A DNA stretch of 47,849 nt from an uncultured Caulobacteraceae bacterium (GTDB lineage: Bacteria; Pseudomonadota; Alphaproteobacteria; Caulobacterales; Caulobacteraceae). The position numbers and the translations under genes are program-made. The notes under the pieces are model-generated. The model ran no database searches. It was not told where the DNA came from and was given only the letters and a program-made list of their open reading frames with translations. Below, in pieces: positions 9,641 to 19,060 of this stretch (its first letter is position 1; every line of letters begins with the position of its first letter). Where the stretch lies: assembly GCA_964445605.1 (NCBI GenBank), contig CAYULN010000202.1:1-47849 (forward strand), read 5' to 3'.

Positions 9641-10636
9641 CTATTTCCTTTCACAACGCCGGATTCGCGCCCGCGCCAGACGGCGGTCCTCGAGCGAGTA
9701 GTAGAGCCAGATATCGCCTTCCTCGACGACGACCGAGGCGGCAAAGGCGATGTCGGTGGCGGTGCGATCGTCGACCGGCGGCGGGACAAGCAGCGGCTGG
9801 ATGCAGCGGTCGACGACGGTGCGGCAGCGGCGGTCGAAGGCGACCCAACCGATGCGCCAGCGGGCGTCGCGCGTGGCGCCGTTATAGAACATCACTGGCT
9901 GGTCCGGCCGGTCCATCAGCATCGGCCCGGGCGACAGGTGCCAGTTGTCCCAACCGTCTTCGCGCGGCATGAACGGCGTCGGCTGCTCCTGCCACGGCCC
10001 GTCGATGTCGGGGCCGATGGCCAGGCCGATGCGCGAGGCATCCTCCGACGCATATTCGTAGAAGAGCCGCCAGTGGCCGTCGGCGGTCTGGCCGATGGTG
10101 GCTTCCTTGGTGTTGCCCATCGACTTGGTCGATGCCAGGGCAACGCCAGTCTTGGCCAGCCTGTCGAGCGCCGGGCCCTTGGCGTAGAACATCTCGCCGT
10201 GGGTCATGTCCGGCCCGACGCCGGTATAATAGACCACATAAGGACCATCCTTGCGATACAGGACCGTGGGATCCTCGACGCCGCCGATGTCCTTCTGATC
10301 CGGCCCGCCGGTCAGCGAAGGTTTGTCGAGCATGTCGAAGGTGATGCCGTCCTGGCTCCAGCCGGCCCAGATCTGGCCGGTATCGGACCACGGCTTGCCG
10401 AGCGGCGGCACGGCCCGCACCATGATGCCGAAGCGCCCGTCCTCCGCCATCCAGACATAAGGGCTCATCAGGTCGCGCTTGCACAACCCTTCCGGTCCCT
10501 TCAGCTTGACCTCCTGGAGCTCCTCGACATTGAAATCGAGATCGCTGCCGCCAACGGCGACCTTTTCCTTGCGGTCGCCGGTCACCGGATCTGGCTTCGA
10601 GGCCGGCTTCGCCATATGGGAACGATCGTCGCTCAT
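9641..10636 (-). CDS. Glycosidase/phosphorylase, five-bladed beta-propeller (GH130/GH43-like)
   Basis: GVEDPTV motif, MFYNGA, WLYYS; overlaps the SDR stop (coupled). Confidence 0.75.
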   Translation of the reverse strand: MSDDRSHMAKPASKPDPVTGDRKEKVAVGGSDLDFNVEELQEVKLKGPEGLCKRDLMSPYVWMAEDGRFGIMVRAVPPLGKPWSDTGQIWAGWSQDGITFDMLDKPSLTGGPDQKDIGGVEDPTVLYRKDGPYVVYYTGVGPDMTHGEMFYAKGPALDRLAKTGVALASTKSMGNTKEATIGQTADGHWRLFYEYASEDASRIGLAIGPDIDGPWQEQPTPFMPREDGWDNWHLSPGPMLMDRPDQPVMFYNGATRDARWRIGWVAFDRRCRTVVDRCIQPLLVPPPVDDRTATDIAFAASVVVEEGDIWLYYSLEDRRLARARIRRCERK

Positions 10637-11400
10637 GCGCCCACCGCCTGCAGCAGCGACAGGCCGCCATCGATCACGATGCTCGCTCCCGTCACATAGG
10701 CCGCCTCCTCAGAGGCCAGCCAGCGCGCCAGGCGCGCCACCTCCTCCGGCCGGCCCGCCCGCTGCATCGGGATGTTGCTTACCAGCCCCTGGCGATAGGC
10801 CGGGTCATCAAGCGCACGCTGATTCATCGGCGTCAGGATCATGCCGGGTTCGATGGCGTTGACGCGAATGCCATGAGCGGCCTCCTCCACCGCGAGGGTT
10901 TTGACCAGATTGGTCAATCCGCCCTTGGCCGAACAATAGTCGGCGCCGCCGGCGCGTACGGCTTCGGCATGGATGGACGAGATATGGACAATCGATGCCG
11001 GTCCCTGATGGCATGCCTTGAGAAAGCGCTGCGAAGTCAGGAAAGCCCCCGTCAGGTCGGTGGCGATCATGCGGAACCACACCTCAAGCGGCAGGTCGCG
11101 GGCCATGATACCTGACATGTTGATACCGGCCGAATTGATCAGCACCTGAGCCGGGCCGCGCTGTTCCTCCATGTCGGCAAAGGCGGCGTCGACGGACTCC
11201 GGCTCATTGACAACGCATTGGATGGCAACGGCTTCGCCGCCCGCGTCGCGGACGGCCGTCACGCTGGCTTCGGCGGCATCGCGGTCGTGGAAGTAGAAAA
11301 CGGTGACGTGGTCGCCGATTTCACCGAAGGCGCGCGCACAGGCCGCCCCAATCCCCGACTCCGCTCCCGTGATGACAATGTTGCGTCGGCTTGCAAGCAT
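10633..11400 (-). CDS. SDR oxidoreductase (glucose 1-dehydrogenase-like)
   Basis: TGAESGIG, NSAG, YCSAK, PGMILTPMN, IDGG motifs. Confidence 0.9.
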   Translation of the reverse strand: MLASRRNIVITGAESGIGAACARAFGEIGDHVTVFYFHDRDAAEASVTAVRDAGGEAVAIQCVVNEPESVDAAFADMEEQRGPAQVLINSAGINMSGIMARDLPLEVWFRMIATDLTGAFLTSQRFLKACHQGPASIVHISSIHAEAVRAGGADYCSAKGGLTNLVKTLAVEEAAHGIRVNAIEPGMILTPMNQRALDDPAYRQGLVSNIPMQRAGRPEEVARLARWLASEEAAYVTGASIVIDGGLSLLQAVGA

Positions 11401-11716
11401 CGACCTGCCTCGTCTTCGAAACCACCAGAAACGATCCTAGGCCGCCACATATATGGGTACCAATATTAACTCGCCGTCCATTGTGAAAATTCGATAAGGA
11501 GCGTCGTCGCAAGCGGACACATCCCGACGTTTTGACAGAAGGTCCGGCTTTCATTAAATAATCCGCATCTTTCGTATGGCTCAACTCGGCGATCACGGGC
11601 GCGGCGATTGTCTCCGCAACGCTCGACGTCTTTTTTTCTGCGGTTTGTAAGAACCGTATTCGGGGGGAGACTAACTGTATAAGCTGAGCACAAACGCCTC
11701 AGTAAGGGGAAAAACC

Positions 11717-13966
11717 ATGTCCATCCCGAGCCTTGCAAACGGCGCCATGACCGCCGCCCATAATCGCAGCGTCAAATACCCGTCACGGTGCTCTAAGTTC
11801 GGCATCTGCGCCCTGGCCCTGGCGATCGCCGCTGGGCCGGCCCTGGCCCAGACGACGGCGGCGCCGCAAAAGCCAACCCCCACGCAACCGGACACGAAAT
11901 CCGGAGACACGACGACGATCACGGTGACCGGCACCAAGCCGCAAAACCAGATTGATCGCCAGACCTATGACAACACCAAGAATATCGACAGCAAGACCGG
12001 CACGGCGGCCGACGCGCTCAACAAGGTGCCGTCGGTCAATGTCGATCCGAACGGCAACGTTTCGTTGCGCGGAAACAGCAATGTCCAGGTCTATGTCGAC
12101 GGCAAGCCCTCGGCCATGCTGTCCGGCGATAACCGAGCGGCGGCGCTGAGAGCCATGTCGTCGGGCGACATCGCCTCGGTCGAGGTGATGACCAATCCCG
12201 GCGCCCAGTTCAGCTCGGAAGGTTCGGGCGGCATCATCAACCTGGTCACCAACAAGAACCGCCGGCCGGGCGGCTCCGGCGCGCTGACCCTGGCGGCCGG
12301 TCCCGGCGGCAATTACAACGGCGCGTTCAGCGGCTCGTACCACATGGGCAAATGGGGGTACAGCGGCGGGCTGACCTATCGCCACGACGGCCGCGACAGC
12401 AATTCCGGCTCGGTGCTCGACCAGCTCGATTCCAGCGGCCACGTCGTCGCGTCGACCCAGCAGGGCGGTCTCTCGCACTTCACCCTCGACATGGCCTCCC
12501 TGACCGGCGGGATCGACTATTACCCCGGCGCCAAGGACACGCTGAGCACGCAGCTCGCCTATTCGAATCGCGACATCAAGCTGGACAGCGACACGATCTA
12601 CGCCGCCTACAACGCCGCCAATGCCCCCGTCGGCCGCTACCTGCGCAACACGATCGTCAAGCTGCCGCACGAAGACGCGATGCTCGACCTCAACTGGAGC
12701 CATACGGGCGACGCCGCCGGCGAAGCCCTGAAGACGGACCTGCGCCTCAGCCGTTCCGACGGCGCCAACCTGACCAACGACATCAGCGACTACACCCTGC
12801 CCGCCGTCAGTCACCTGAAGGACAGCCAGCACCAGAGCAACGACCTGAAGACGGGCGTCCTCAGCGTCGACTACAACCGTTTCGTCGGCCCGGACATGCT
12901 GTCGGCGGGCCTGCAGATCACCTATGACGACAATGAATTCGTCAATACGGCGACCGGGCCCGACCCGGTCGGCGCCGCCGATACGGCCAACACCCTGCTG
13001 ACCAGTGATTTCACCTACCAGAAAACGGTCAGCGCCGCCTATGTCACCTACCAGAAGCAGTTCGGCGACAAATGGACGGTCCTGGGCGGCCTGCGCTCCG
13101 AAACCCTGGATCTCAGTACGGACCAGGTCACGACGCATACGACCAGTCACACCAACTACACCAAACTATCGCCGAGCGCTTTCGCCACCTACCAGTTGTC
13201 GGCAAAAGCGAAGCTGCGTTTCAGCTATTCGCATCGCTTGCAGCGGCCAAGCCCGCAGGACCTCAATCCGTCGCTGATCTATCAGGACGCGCAGAACTAT
13301 ACGGCCGGCAATCCGAACCTGAAACCACAGGAAACCGACTCCTTCGAGCTGGGTTACGAGTACACGGCGCCGACGCTGAACTATCAGCTGCGCGGCTATT
13401 ACCGGGCCAACGACCACGTCATCACCTCAACCAGCGTCTTCATCGCCGACCCGCAGAATGCCGGCAACCAGGTGCTCGAAACCACGCGCCAGAACCTGGG
13501 CACCAGCAATGCCGGCGGCGTCGAGTTCAACATCAGCGGCAGACTTTCGCCGAAGTTCACCCTCAGCGCCAACGGCAACCTGGCCAACACCCAGTTGAAG
13601 ACGCCCACCGTCAGCGGGACGCAGTCGGCGACTTCGCTGAGCGGTCAGGCGGCGCTGGTTTACATTCCCTCGGCAAAAGACCAGCTGCAGCTGCAGTATA
13701 TCATGTCGGGCAAGCAGCTTACCGGCCAAGGCTACCGCTCGGCCTTCTCCGTGGCCGCCCTGGCCTATCGCCACGTGCTGACGCCCAAGGCGTCGTTCGT
13801 ACTGACGGTCAGCGACCCATTCCGCCAGGCCAAGATCCGGCTGGTGACCGACACCGCCGCGGTGCACAGCGAAAGAGTCGGCAGCCAGCAGGGCCAAACG
13901 GTTTATTTCGGCCTGTCCTACGCGTTGGGCGGACCGGCCGCCGCCAGGCCGGCCCCGGCGAAATAA
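11717..13966 (+). CDS. TonB-dependent receptor / outer-membrane beta-barrel
   Basis: Signal peptide, plug (VPSVNVD..GNVSLRG; EVMTNPGA..SEGSGGIINLVT), GNPNLKPQ. Start could be 11747. Confidence 0.88.
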   Translation: MSIPSLANGAMTAAHNRSVKYPSRCSKFGICALALAIAAGPALAQTTAAPQKPTPTQPDTKSGDTTTITVTGTKPQNQIDRQTYDNTKNIDSKTGTAADALNKVPSVNVDPNGNVSLRGNSNVQVYVDGKPSAMLSGDNRAAALRAMSSGDIASVEVMTNPGAQFSSEGSGGIINLVTNKNRRPGGSGALTLAAGPGGNYNGAFSGSYHMGKWGYSGGLTYRHDGRDSNSGSVLDQLDSSGHVVASTQQGGLSHFTLDMASLTGGIDYYPGAKDTLSTQLAYSNRDIKLDSDTIYAAYNAANAPVGRYLRNTIVKLPHEDAMLDLNWSHTGDAAGEALKTDLRLSRSDGANLTNDISDYTLPAVSHLKDSQHQSNDLKTGVLSVDYNRFVGPDMLSAGLQITYDDNEFVNTATGPDPVGAADTANTLLTSDFTYQKTVSAAYVTYQKQFGDKWTVLGGLRSETLDLSTDQVTTHTTSHTNYTKLSPSAFATYQLSAKAKLRFSYSHRLQRPSPQDLNPSLIYQDAQNYTAGNPNLKPQETDSFELGYEYTAPTLNYQLRGYYRANDHVITSTSVFIADPQNAGNQVLETTRQNLGTSNAGGVEFNISGRLSPKFTLSANGNLANTQLKTPTVSGTQSATSLSGQAALVYIPSAKDQLQLQYIMSGKQLTGQGYRSAFSVAALAYRHVLTPKASFVLTVSDPFRQAKIRLVTDTAAVHSERVGSQQGQTVYFGLSYALGGPAAARPAPAK

Positions 13967-14067
13967 ACTTCGCGACTTCGGGCGCCTCAGCAGCCCGGAC
14001 GGCTGCCACACCCGGTGTCACCATCCATGTCCGGCCGGTCGAACAGACGGATCAAGCGCTACCACTT

Positions 14068-16233
14068 CTACGGATGACTTACGGGATAGATCGGCTCCGG
14101 CCGCGGCCCGGTCATGGTCGGTGTGGCACCGCCGACCGCGCTTACGACCAGGTTGTCGAACCAAGGCCGGCTGGTCTTGCCGTCACCCTGCGTCGCCAGC
14201 AGGCCCGCCATGCCGCGGCCATAAAGCGTGTCGGTCACGGTCAGCACCGGCTTGCCGTCGACCAGGCCGGTGATCGTGCTGCCGCTGAATTGCAGCTTGA
14301 GGCGGTGCCATTGGCCGGACGCTATGCCGTCGAGCTGGACGGTGGCGAGCCCCTTTTCACCGCCGGCGCTGTCGTCGTTAGCCGCCTTGATCGCCGCCTG
14401 CTGTTCGGCGTCGCCGACCAGCTTCTTCTTATCGCTCTTGCCCCGCCAGACGGATAGTTTGAGCGCGCCGGTGTCGGACAGCAGCAGGACATAGCCTTTC
14501 GGGATGAAGCCGTAACCGGTGCCGACATCGCTGATCCGCCCCATGACGGCGGCGGAATCGCCCGGGTTCAGATAGATATCGGCGCCCACCTCATAGTCCT
14601 GCCATTGGTCGTCGCCGACGATGGTGTAGGGCATCCAGTCCGGCGCCCAGGAAATGGTCGGCACGGGCACCGCCTGATGCAGACACTGCCCCGGACGACC
14701 CGGACAGGCTGCCAGTTCGAACGCGCCGGCAATGTCGGCGAAATAGCGCGGCAAGTAGCCATACGCCTTCGGATCGGCGTATTCGTCGAAACTATCAGCA
14801 TAGGGGAAGGGAAACGCGGCCCTTTCTGGTACAGCATCGAAATGGCCTTTCCGCTGGCCGCGGGTCGTGGTCAGCGAATAGACCGAATTGGCGTCCAGGC
14901 TCAGCGTCACCATGCCCTTGACCGGCTTGATATCGGCCTGGCGGACGAACTGTTCGGCCTCGTTGCTGCGCCAGACGGCCAGGGACTGCTTGGACAGGCC
15001 GGCGCCGATATGCAGGCTGATTGTTTGCGGTCCCTTGGCGTCCTTGGTTTCTATGATAAGGCTGTAATCCGTTTTCGGCGACTTCAGCATCACGAACGAG
15101 CCGCCGCCGGTCAGATGTCCGCTGCCGCCATTGAGATAGGTCCAGCCGATTTGGGAAAACTGGCCGTAGTGGGCATAGGCCCACAGTTTTTCATTGATTT
15201 CGTAATGTCCGCTCCACGGCCAGTTGGCGCGGACCGTGGCTTCCTTTTCGCCGGAATAGGGCTCCATCGTGTACAGCGCCGCGATGCCGTACCAGTCGGT
15301 GATCTTGGTGTAGCAGCTGTCTATATAGTTGAGGTTGATGGTTTGCACCGTGCTGATCAGGCCGTCGAACCCAGGCTTGTAGATGTGCTGTTCGGTGTTC
15401 CACAGCGGCTTGTCCATCACGGCCGCCAGTTGCCTGACTTCCGGCGGCGTCACCGATTTGGGCGGGTTGTTGTGGGCGCTGATGACGTCGAGGGCGTCAC
15501 GCAGGTCCTTGTCGGCCGCCATGTCCTTGACGAACTTGAACTTCCACGGATCAGGCCAGTTGTCGAAGCCGTGCAGCTTCACGTCCGCGAAGCCGCTGGC
15601 GTTCAACGTCTTGCGCAGGGCCTTGGCGAAATCGTAGCTGGCGCCCTTTTCGTTGCGGATGCCGATGGCGTCCATCTCCAAGCCGTGGACCTCGCGCAGG
15701 CCTTTCAGCCAGCTGACGTAATAGTCGATGGCGTCCTGAGAAAAGAACGCCTTGTCGCCGCTGTAGTCCTTGCCGGTGCTCTGGGTGAACAGCGGTCCCC
15801 GGCTGCCGATCCAGCCGGGCGCGCTCCACGCCGCCCCATCCAGCGTCAGGGCTGGATTGCGCGCCTTGGCCGCCTTCAGGTCCCACCACATGTAGCCGCG
15901 CCAGTAATCCAGGTCGTCGCGCGTGTGTTTATGGCTCGGCATCGCGCCCTGGGTGGAATTGCCGTCGCCGGGAATTTCGAAATAGAGCGCGCTGACCGAA
16001 GCGCCGAATTTCGGTTTGAACACCAGGTCGAGGATCTGACCGCGTTGCGGTTCGGGATAGTCCTTCAGCAGCACCGAGGTCGCCCCGCCGCCGTCGACCA
16101 CGCCGATGCCGTCAAAACGTTTTCCGCCGACATCGCCGCGCAACTCGATTGTCTGGACAGACTGTGCCCTGGCCACGACTGGCAGACCGATAAGGGCTAC
16201 GGACAGAAGAAAGCTGAGAATGCGATTAGGCAT
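14068..16233 (-). CDS. Secreted GH59 (galactosylceramidase-like) glycoside hydrolase with C-terminal lectin-like domain
   Basis: FDGIG..GGGATS.LL.DYPEPQR.QILD..FKP.FGAS...EI.GD.NST.G, IG.RNE, KPLWNTE: GH59 signature; GAGGAG RBS. Confidence 0.88.
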   Translation of the reverse strand: MPNRILSFLLSVALIGLPVVARAQSVQTIELRGDVGGKRFDGIGVVDGGGATSVLLKDYPEPQRGQILDLVFKPKFGASVSALYFEIPGDGNSTQGAMPSHKHTRDDLDYWRGYMWWDLKAAKARNPALTLDGAAWSAPGWIGSRGPLFTQSTGKDYSGDKAFFSQDAIDYYVSWLKGLREVHGLEMDAIGIRNEKGASYDFAKALRKTLNASGFADVKLHGFDNWPDPWKFKFVKDMAADKDLRDALDVISAHNNPPKSVTPPEVRQLAAVMDKPLWNTEQHIYKPGFDGLISTVQTINLNYIDSCYTKITDWYGIAALYTMEPYSGEKEATVRANWPWSGHYEINEKLWAYAHYGQFSQIGWTYLNGGSGHLTGGGSFVMLKSPKTDYSLIIETKDAKGPQTISLHIGAGLSKQSLAVWRSNEAEQFVRQADIKPVKGMVTLSLDANSVYSLTTTRGQRKGHFDAVPERAAFPFPYADSFDEYADPKAYGYLPRYFADIAGAFELAACPGRPGQCLHQAVPVPTISWAPDWMPYTIVGDDQWQDYEVGADIYLNPGDSAAVMGRISDVGTGYGFIPKGYVLLLSDTGALKLSVWRGKSDKKKLVGDAEQQAAIKAANDDSAGGEKGLATVQLDGIASGQWHRLKLQFSGSTITGLVDGKPVLTVTDTLYGRGMAGLLATQGDGKTSRPWFDNLVVSAVGGATPTMTGPRPEPIYPVSHP

Positions 16234-16265
16234 GGGCTCCTCGAGTTCGTTATGGATGACATTCA

Positions 16266-16370
16266 GAGGCCGTTTCGAAAGCCTCTAAATCGCAATTTTA
16301 TCAATAAAAACAATATATTGATGTGAAAAAGACAGCTAGTTTGCGCTAGCTGTCCTTGAATTTCGATCTG
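16266..16370 (+). repeat. 105-bp direct repeat, copy 1 (IS-end-like 15-mer, IHF-like box, hairpin)
   Basis: Ungapped match to 17509-17613 with 14 mismatches by manual count. Confidence 0.93.
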
Positions 16371-16547
16371 AATAATCCTCGCTATCGTAGATCAGCGCCA
16401 AGATGGCTTACGCGGTGTTGTTTCTAATAGAGGATGAAACATATTGTGAACGAATTTGATTTTCCACATCGTTAGCTTATGCGTAACGTTCTAACGCGCA
16501 TAAGTTGCTCCTCAATTGACGAATCAACGTAAGGAAGGAGAATTACA

Positions 16548-17000
16548 ATGCCAGATATCGTAGTTCCGCGCGTTCTTTCTGATTTTTTGCTGGTAGAATT
16601 TGCCGAGCGTGGAGAAATTCTCACCAATCTTAAACTTCAAAAACTTCTCTACTATACTCAAGCATGGTACTTGGCTTTGAATCATCAGCCATTATTTGCT
16701 GAAGATTTTGAAGCTTGGATACATGGCCCTGTGCTTCCCACTCAATATAAGCGCTTCGCAGAATTCAAATGGCAACCCATTATTCTGGACATAAAATCTC
16801 CTGTTATTAATAACAAAAAAGTCCTGGGTCATGTTGAAGAGGTCATTGATGTATTTGGCCCAGAGACAGCTGTGGGTTTAGAAATAATGACGCATAATGA
16901 ATTGCCATGGATTGAGGCCAGAGGCGGACTTCCACCAACAGAACCATGCAATAACATTGTAAAGAAGCAAACTATGGAAAAATTTTACGCTTCTTTATGA
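16548..17000 (+). CDS. Panacea-domain (DUF4065/SocA/GepA-like) antitoxin
   Basis: LTNLKLQKLLYY.Q.W.L....PLF.EDFEAW.HGPV, L...TH.E.PW signature; AAGGAG RBS. Confidence 0.92.
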   Translation: MPDIVVPRVLSDFLLVEFAERGEILTNLKLQKLLYYTQAWYLALNHQPLFAEDFEAWIHGPVLPTQYKRFAEFKWQPIILDIKSPVINNKKVLGHVEEVIDVFGPETAVGLEIMTHNELPWIEARGGLPPTEPCNNIVKKQTMEKFYASL

Positions 17001-17407
17001 AGAAGACAGACAATCCTCCTAAGGGTAAAATTAAGCAAATCTCGGAAGACAATCCGAGATTACGCTTCTCTTTTGAGTTGTTCGATTCTTCAGACGCAGA
17101 GATTTGCCCTGGCACTTTTCCAGATGGTTATACGCAAACTTTAATGGGAAGACTCAAGGATATTTCCAGTATGAAGATGAAAGAATTTATAAATAGTGGA
17201 AAATCACTTCGAGCACATATGCATATTTGGAGTAAAACTTCCAGACCTAAGGGATATGAACACCTTAATGAGCAATTTCAAGCGTATCCGGGATGGCAAT
17301 TTTGTTTGACTGCTAATGAGCATGGTCGTGTTCATGGTTTGATAATTGGCGATACTTTTTATGTAATTTGGCTAGATCAGCAGCATAAGCTATATCCAGA
17401 CGCCTAG
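16997..17407 (+). CDS. Putative toxin partner (possibly RelE-like ribonuclease)
   Basis: ATGA overlap with the antitoxin; FSFELFD, GRVHG.....FYVIWLD..H.LY pattern. Fold assignment is inference. Confidence 0.7.
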   Translation: MKKTDNPPKGKIKQISEDNPRLRFSFELFDSSDAEICPGTFPDGYTQTLMGRLKDISSMKMKEFINSGKSLRAHMHIWSKTSRPKGYEHLNEQFQAYPGWQFCLTANEHGRVHGLIIGDTFYVIWLDQQHKLYPDA

Positions 17408-17508
17408 CTCGGATATTAATAGGCCTGCGTTTTCTATCCTTACAGAGAAGATTGGGATTCTACTGATGAGATTGTCATCGAACTCATTTCAGTTTGATCG
17501 CCTTCTAA

Positions 17509-17613
17509 GAGGGTGTCTCGAAAGCCTCTAAATTGAAATTTTATCAATAAAAACAATATATTGATGTGAAAAAGACCGCTAGCGAAAACTAGCGGTCTTT
17601 GAATTTCGATCTG
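17509..17613 (+). repeat. 105-bp direct repeat, copy 2
   Basis: GAGGGTGTCTCGAAAGCCTCTAAAT...GAATTTCGATCTG, preceded by TAA. Confidence 0.93.
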
Positions 17614-17696
17614 GTAATACTGTACGTCAGAAAATAGTCACTGACAGTCGAAATTTAATCTGTTTGCCCAATCTCGTGGGCTAAATCGTTACAACA

Positions 17697-17846
17697 TCAA
17701 CGTCGTCGAACTAACTCGGAATGCATTTGGCCGTATTTTAAAGTGATGCCTAAATGCTCAACCTTAGGTTTAGTCAATAACTCAATTTTGTACATTAATT
17801 GTAACTGCTCTAGCTTCAATTCTGTGTCAGTAAGGTGTGTTGTCAT
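17697..17846 (-). CDS. Small hypothetical protein, 49 aa (not in the ORF track)
   Basis: MTTHLTDTELKLEQLQLMYKIELLTKPKVEHLGITLKYGQMHSELVRRR; GAGGAG 5 nt upstream of ATG. Confidence 0.5.
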   Translation of the reverse strand: MTTHLTDTELKLEQLQLMYKIELLTKPKVEHLGITLKYGQMHSELVRRR

Positions 17847-17987
17847 AGGATCTCCTCATGACGGGTTGAAAGGACACCTATCTTGCTGTGCAGATAGGGG
17901 ATATAAGGTTCTGTGAGCACCTTATATCCCCACCATTATCGCTCAAAGCCCTACAAAAAGAAAGGGCAATTTTCTCCAAAATGGAGG

Positions 17988-18554
17988 TCATTGGTTCGAT
18001 GATTCATCGGCAGATTGAACATCTTCAGGTTGTTTCTGAGACGTCTCAACAGACGTCAAATTCACCTCCGATTGTTGGGGCTTTTCATCGTTCATATCCA
18101 TAGTGCCAAAAATTTGAGCCATGACGTGGCTCTGCATCGTCATCAATAAAGCGCGACAACAGTCCTCTGGATTTTGAATCTCATAATGCATCTGGCCGTC
18201 AGCCGTGGGCTGTACGCTATAGCCCACACGCTGCGTCGAAATCGAATTTCCATCGATATGGTATTTTTCGACAAACGCGTCGTTGAATGTGGCGGTAAAA
18301 ATAGCCGAACATGTCACTTTACCATTTGATGAATCGCTGTGATTCAACAGCACGTCATTCAACGAAAAATCACTGTTGTTAGCGATTTCCTGTTCGGTCT
18401 CTTGATTCAGCAATTGTGTAAATATCAGCCCCGCTAAATTTCTCGCAGTCTCTTTCGACGCACAAACGCTTTTGGGAGCGAGTGCCGTTTGATAGCTATT
18501 GCAGCCGGACGCGCACAACAAAATCACTGCCAACGCAGCGTGATAAATTTTCAT
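17988..18554 (-). CDS. Hypothetical lipoprotein
   Basis: MKIYHAALAVILLCASG-C lipobox-like signal; several Cys; acidic low-complexity tail. Confidence 0.7.
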   Translation of the reverse strand: MKIYHAALAVILLCASGCNSYQTALAPKSVCASKETARNLAGLIFTQLLNQETEQEIANNSDFSLNDVLLNHSDSSNGKVTCSAIFTATFNDAFVEKYHIDGNSISTQRVGYSVQPTADGQMHYEIQNPEDCCRALLMTMQSHVMAQIFGTMDMNDEKPQQSEVNLTSVETSQKQPEDVQSADESSNQ

Positions 18555-18573
18555 GGAAGCCCCCATCAAACTG

Positions 18574-18604
18574 AAAGCTAGCAGGTCATCCTGCTAGCTT
18601 TTTT
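18574..18604. terminator. Bidirectional terminator-like hairpin
   Basis: AAAGCTAGCAGG-tcat-CCTGCTAGCTTT with T/A tracts on the flanks. Confidence 0.75.
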
Positions 18605-18607
18605 CGT

Positions 18608-18733
18608 TCAGCGCTTTTTGAAGGGATTGGGAGCGTTATTACGAATGGTTCCGCTAATCAGAACCTTCTTCACGCCCTGCTTTGTCGATACGTTTTTGAA
18701 ATGCGGCTTCACGCCAACAAACTGCTTTTTCAT
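18608..18733 (-). CDS. Small very basic protein, 41 aa (not in the ORF track)
   Basis: MKKQFVGVKPHFKNVSTKQGVKKVLISGTIRNNAPNPFKKR; GGGTGA upstream; stop directly followed by the hairpin. Confidence 0.55.
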   Translation of the reverse strand: MKKQFVGVKPHFKNVSTKQGVKKVLISGTIRNNAPNPFKKR

Positions 18734-19002
18734 TTCATTCACCCATGTTCATACGGCCCGAAACGCTCCTGGCGTCGGGCGGTTCGTAACGCGCGAACAA
18801 GGGTAAGCACGCCCCATTTATTTCCCATGCGCTCTGCACTCGAAAGAGCAGAAAAGCAAAAGGGTATTGTATTGGATGGGCCGCCCGACCTAGCGGGGCA
18901 ACCCTTGTTCAAACGCGTCATTGCGTATCGTATCGAGTTACGACGCTCTCCACGACATTTGAACAGTAGCACGAAAGATGACGCTTTGCACCAGCGTTGT
19001 TT

Positions 19003-19031
19003 TTGACGTTAACGTCAACTTGTGCTATAAT
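19003..19031 (+). promoter_or_regulatory. Near-consensus sigma70 promoter with a 16-bp palindrome over the -35
   Basis: TTGACG-N17-TATAAT; perfect palindrome TTGACGTTAACGTCAA at 19003-19018. Confidence 0.75.
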
Positions 19032-19060
19032 AAATAGCATTTGCAATCAGGGGCTTAGCG

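Noticed and set aside
16266-17613. Integron attC or XerCD/dif interpretation of the direct repeats
   Set aside because: No RYYYAAC/GTTRRRY-bounded stem, no dif half-site pattern and no tyrosine recombinase in the window; ends fit IS5-type repeats better.
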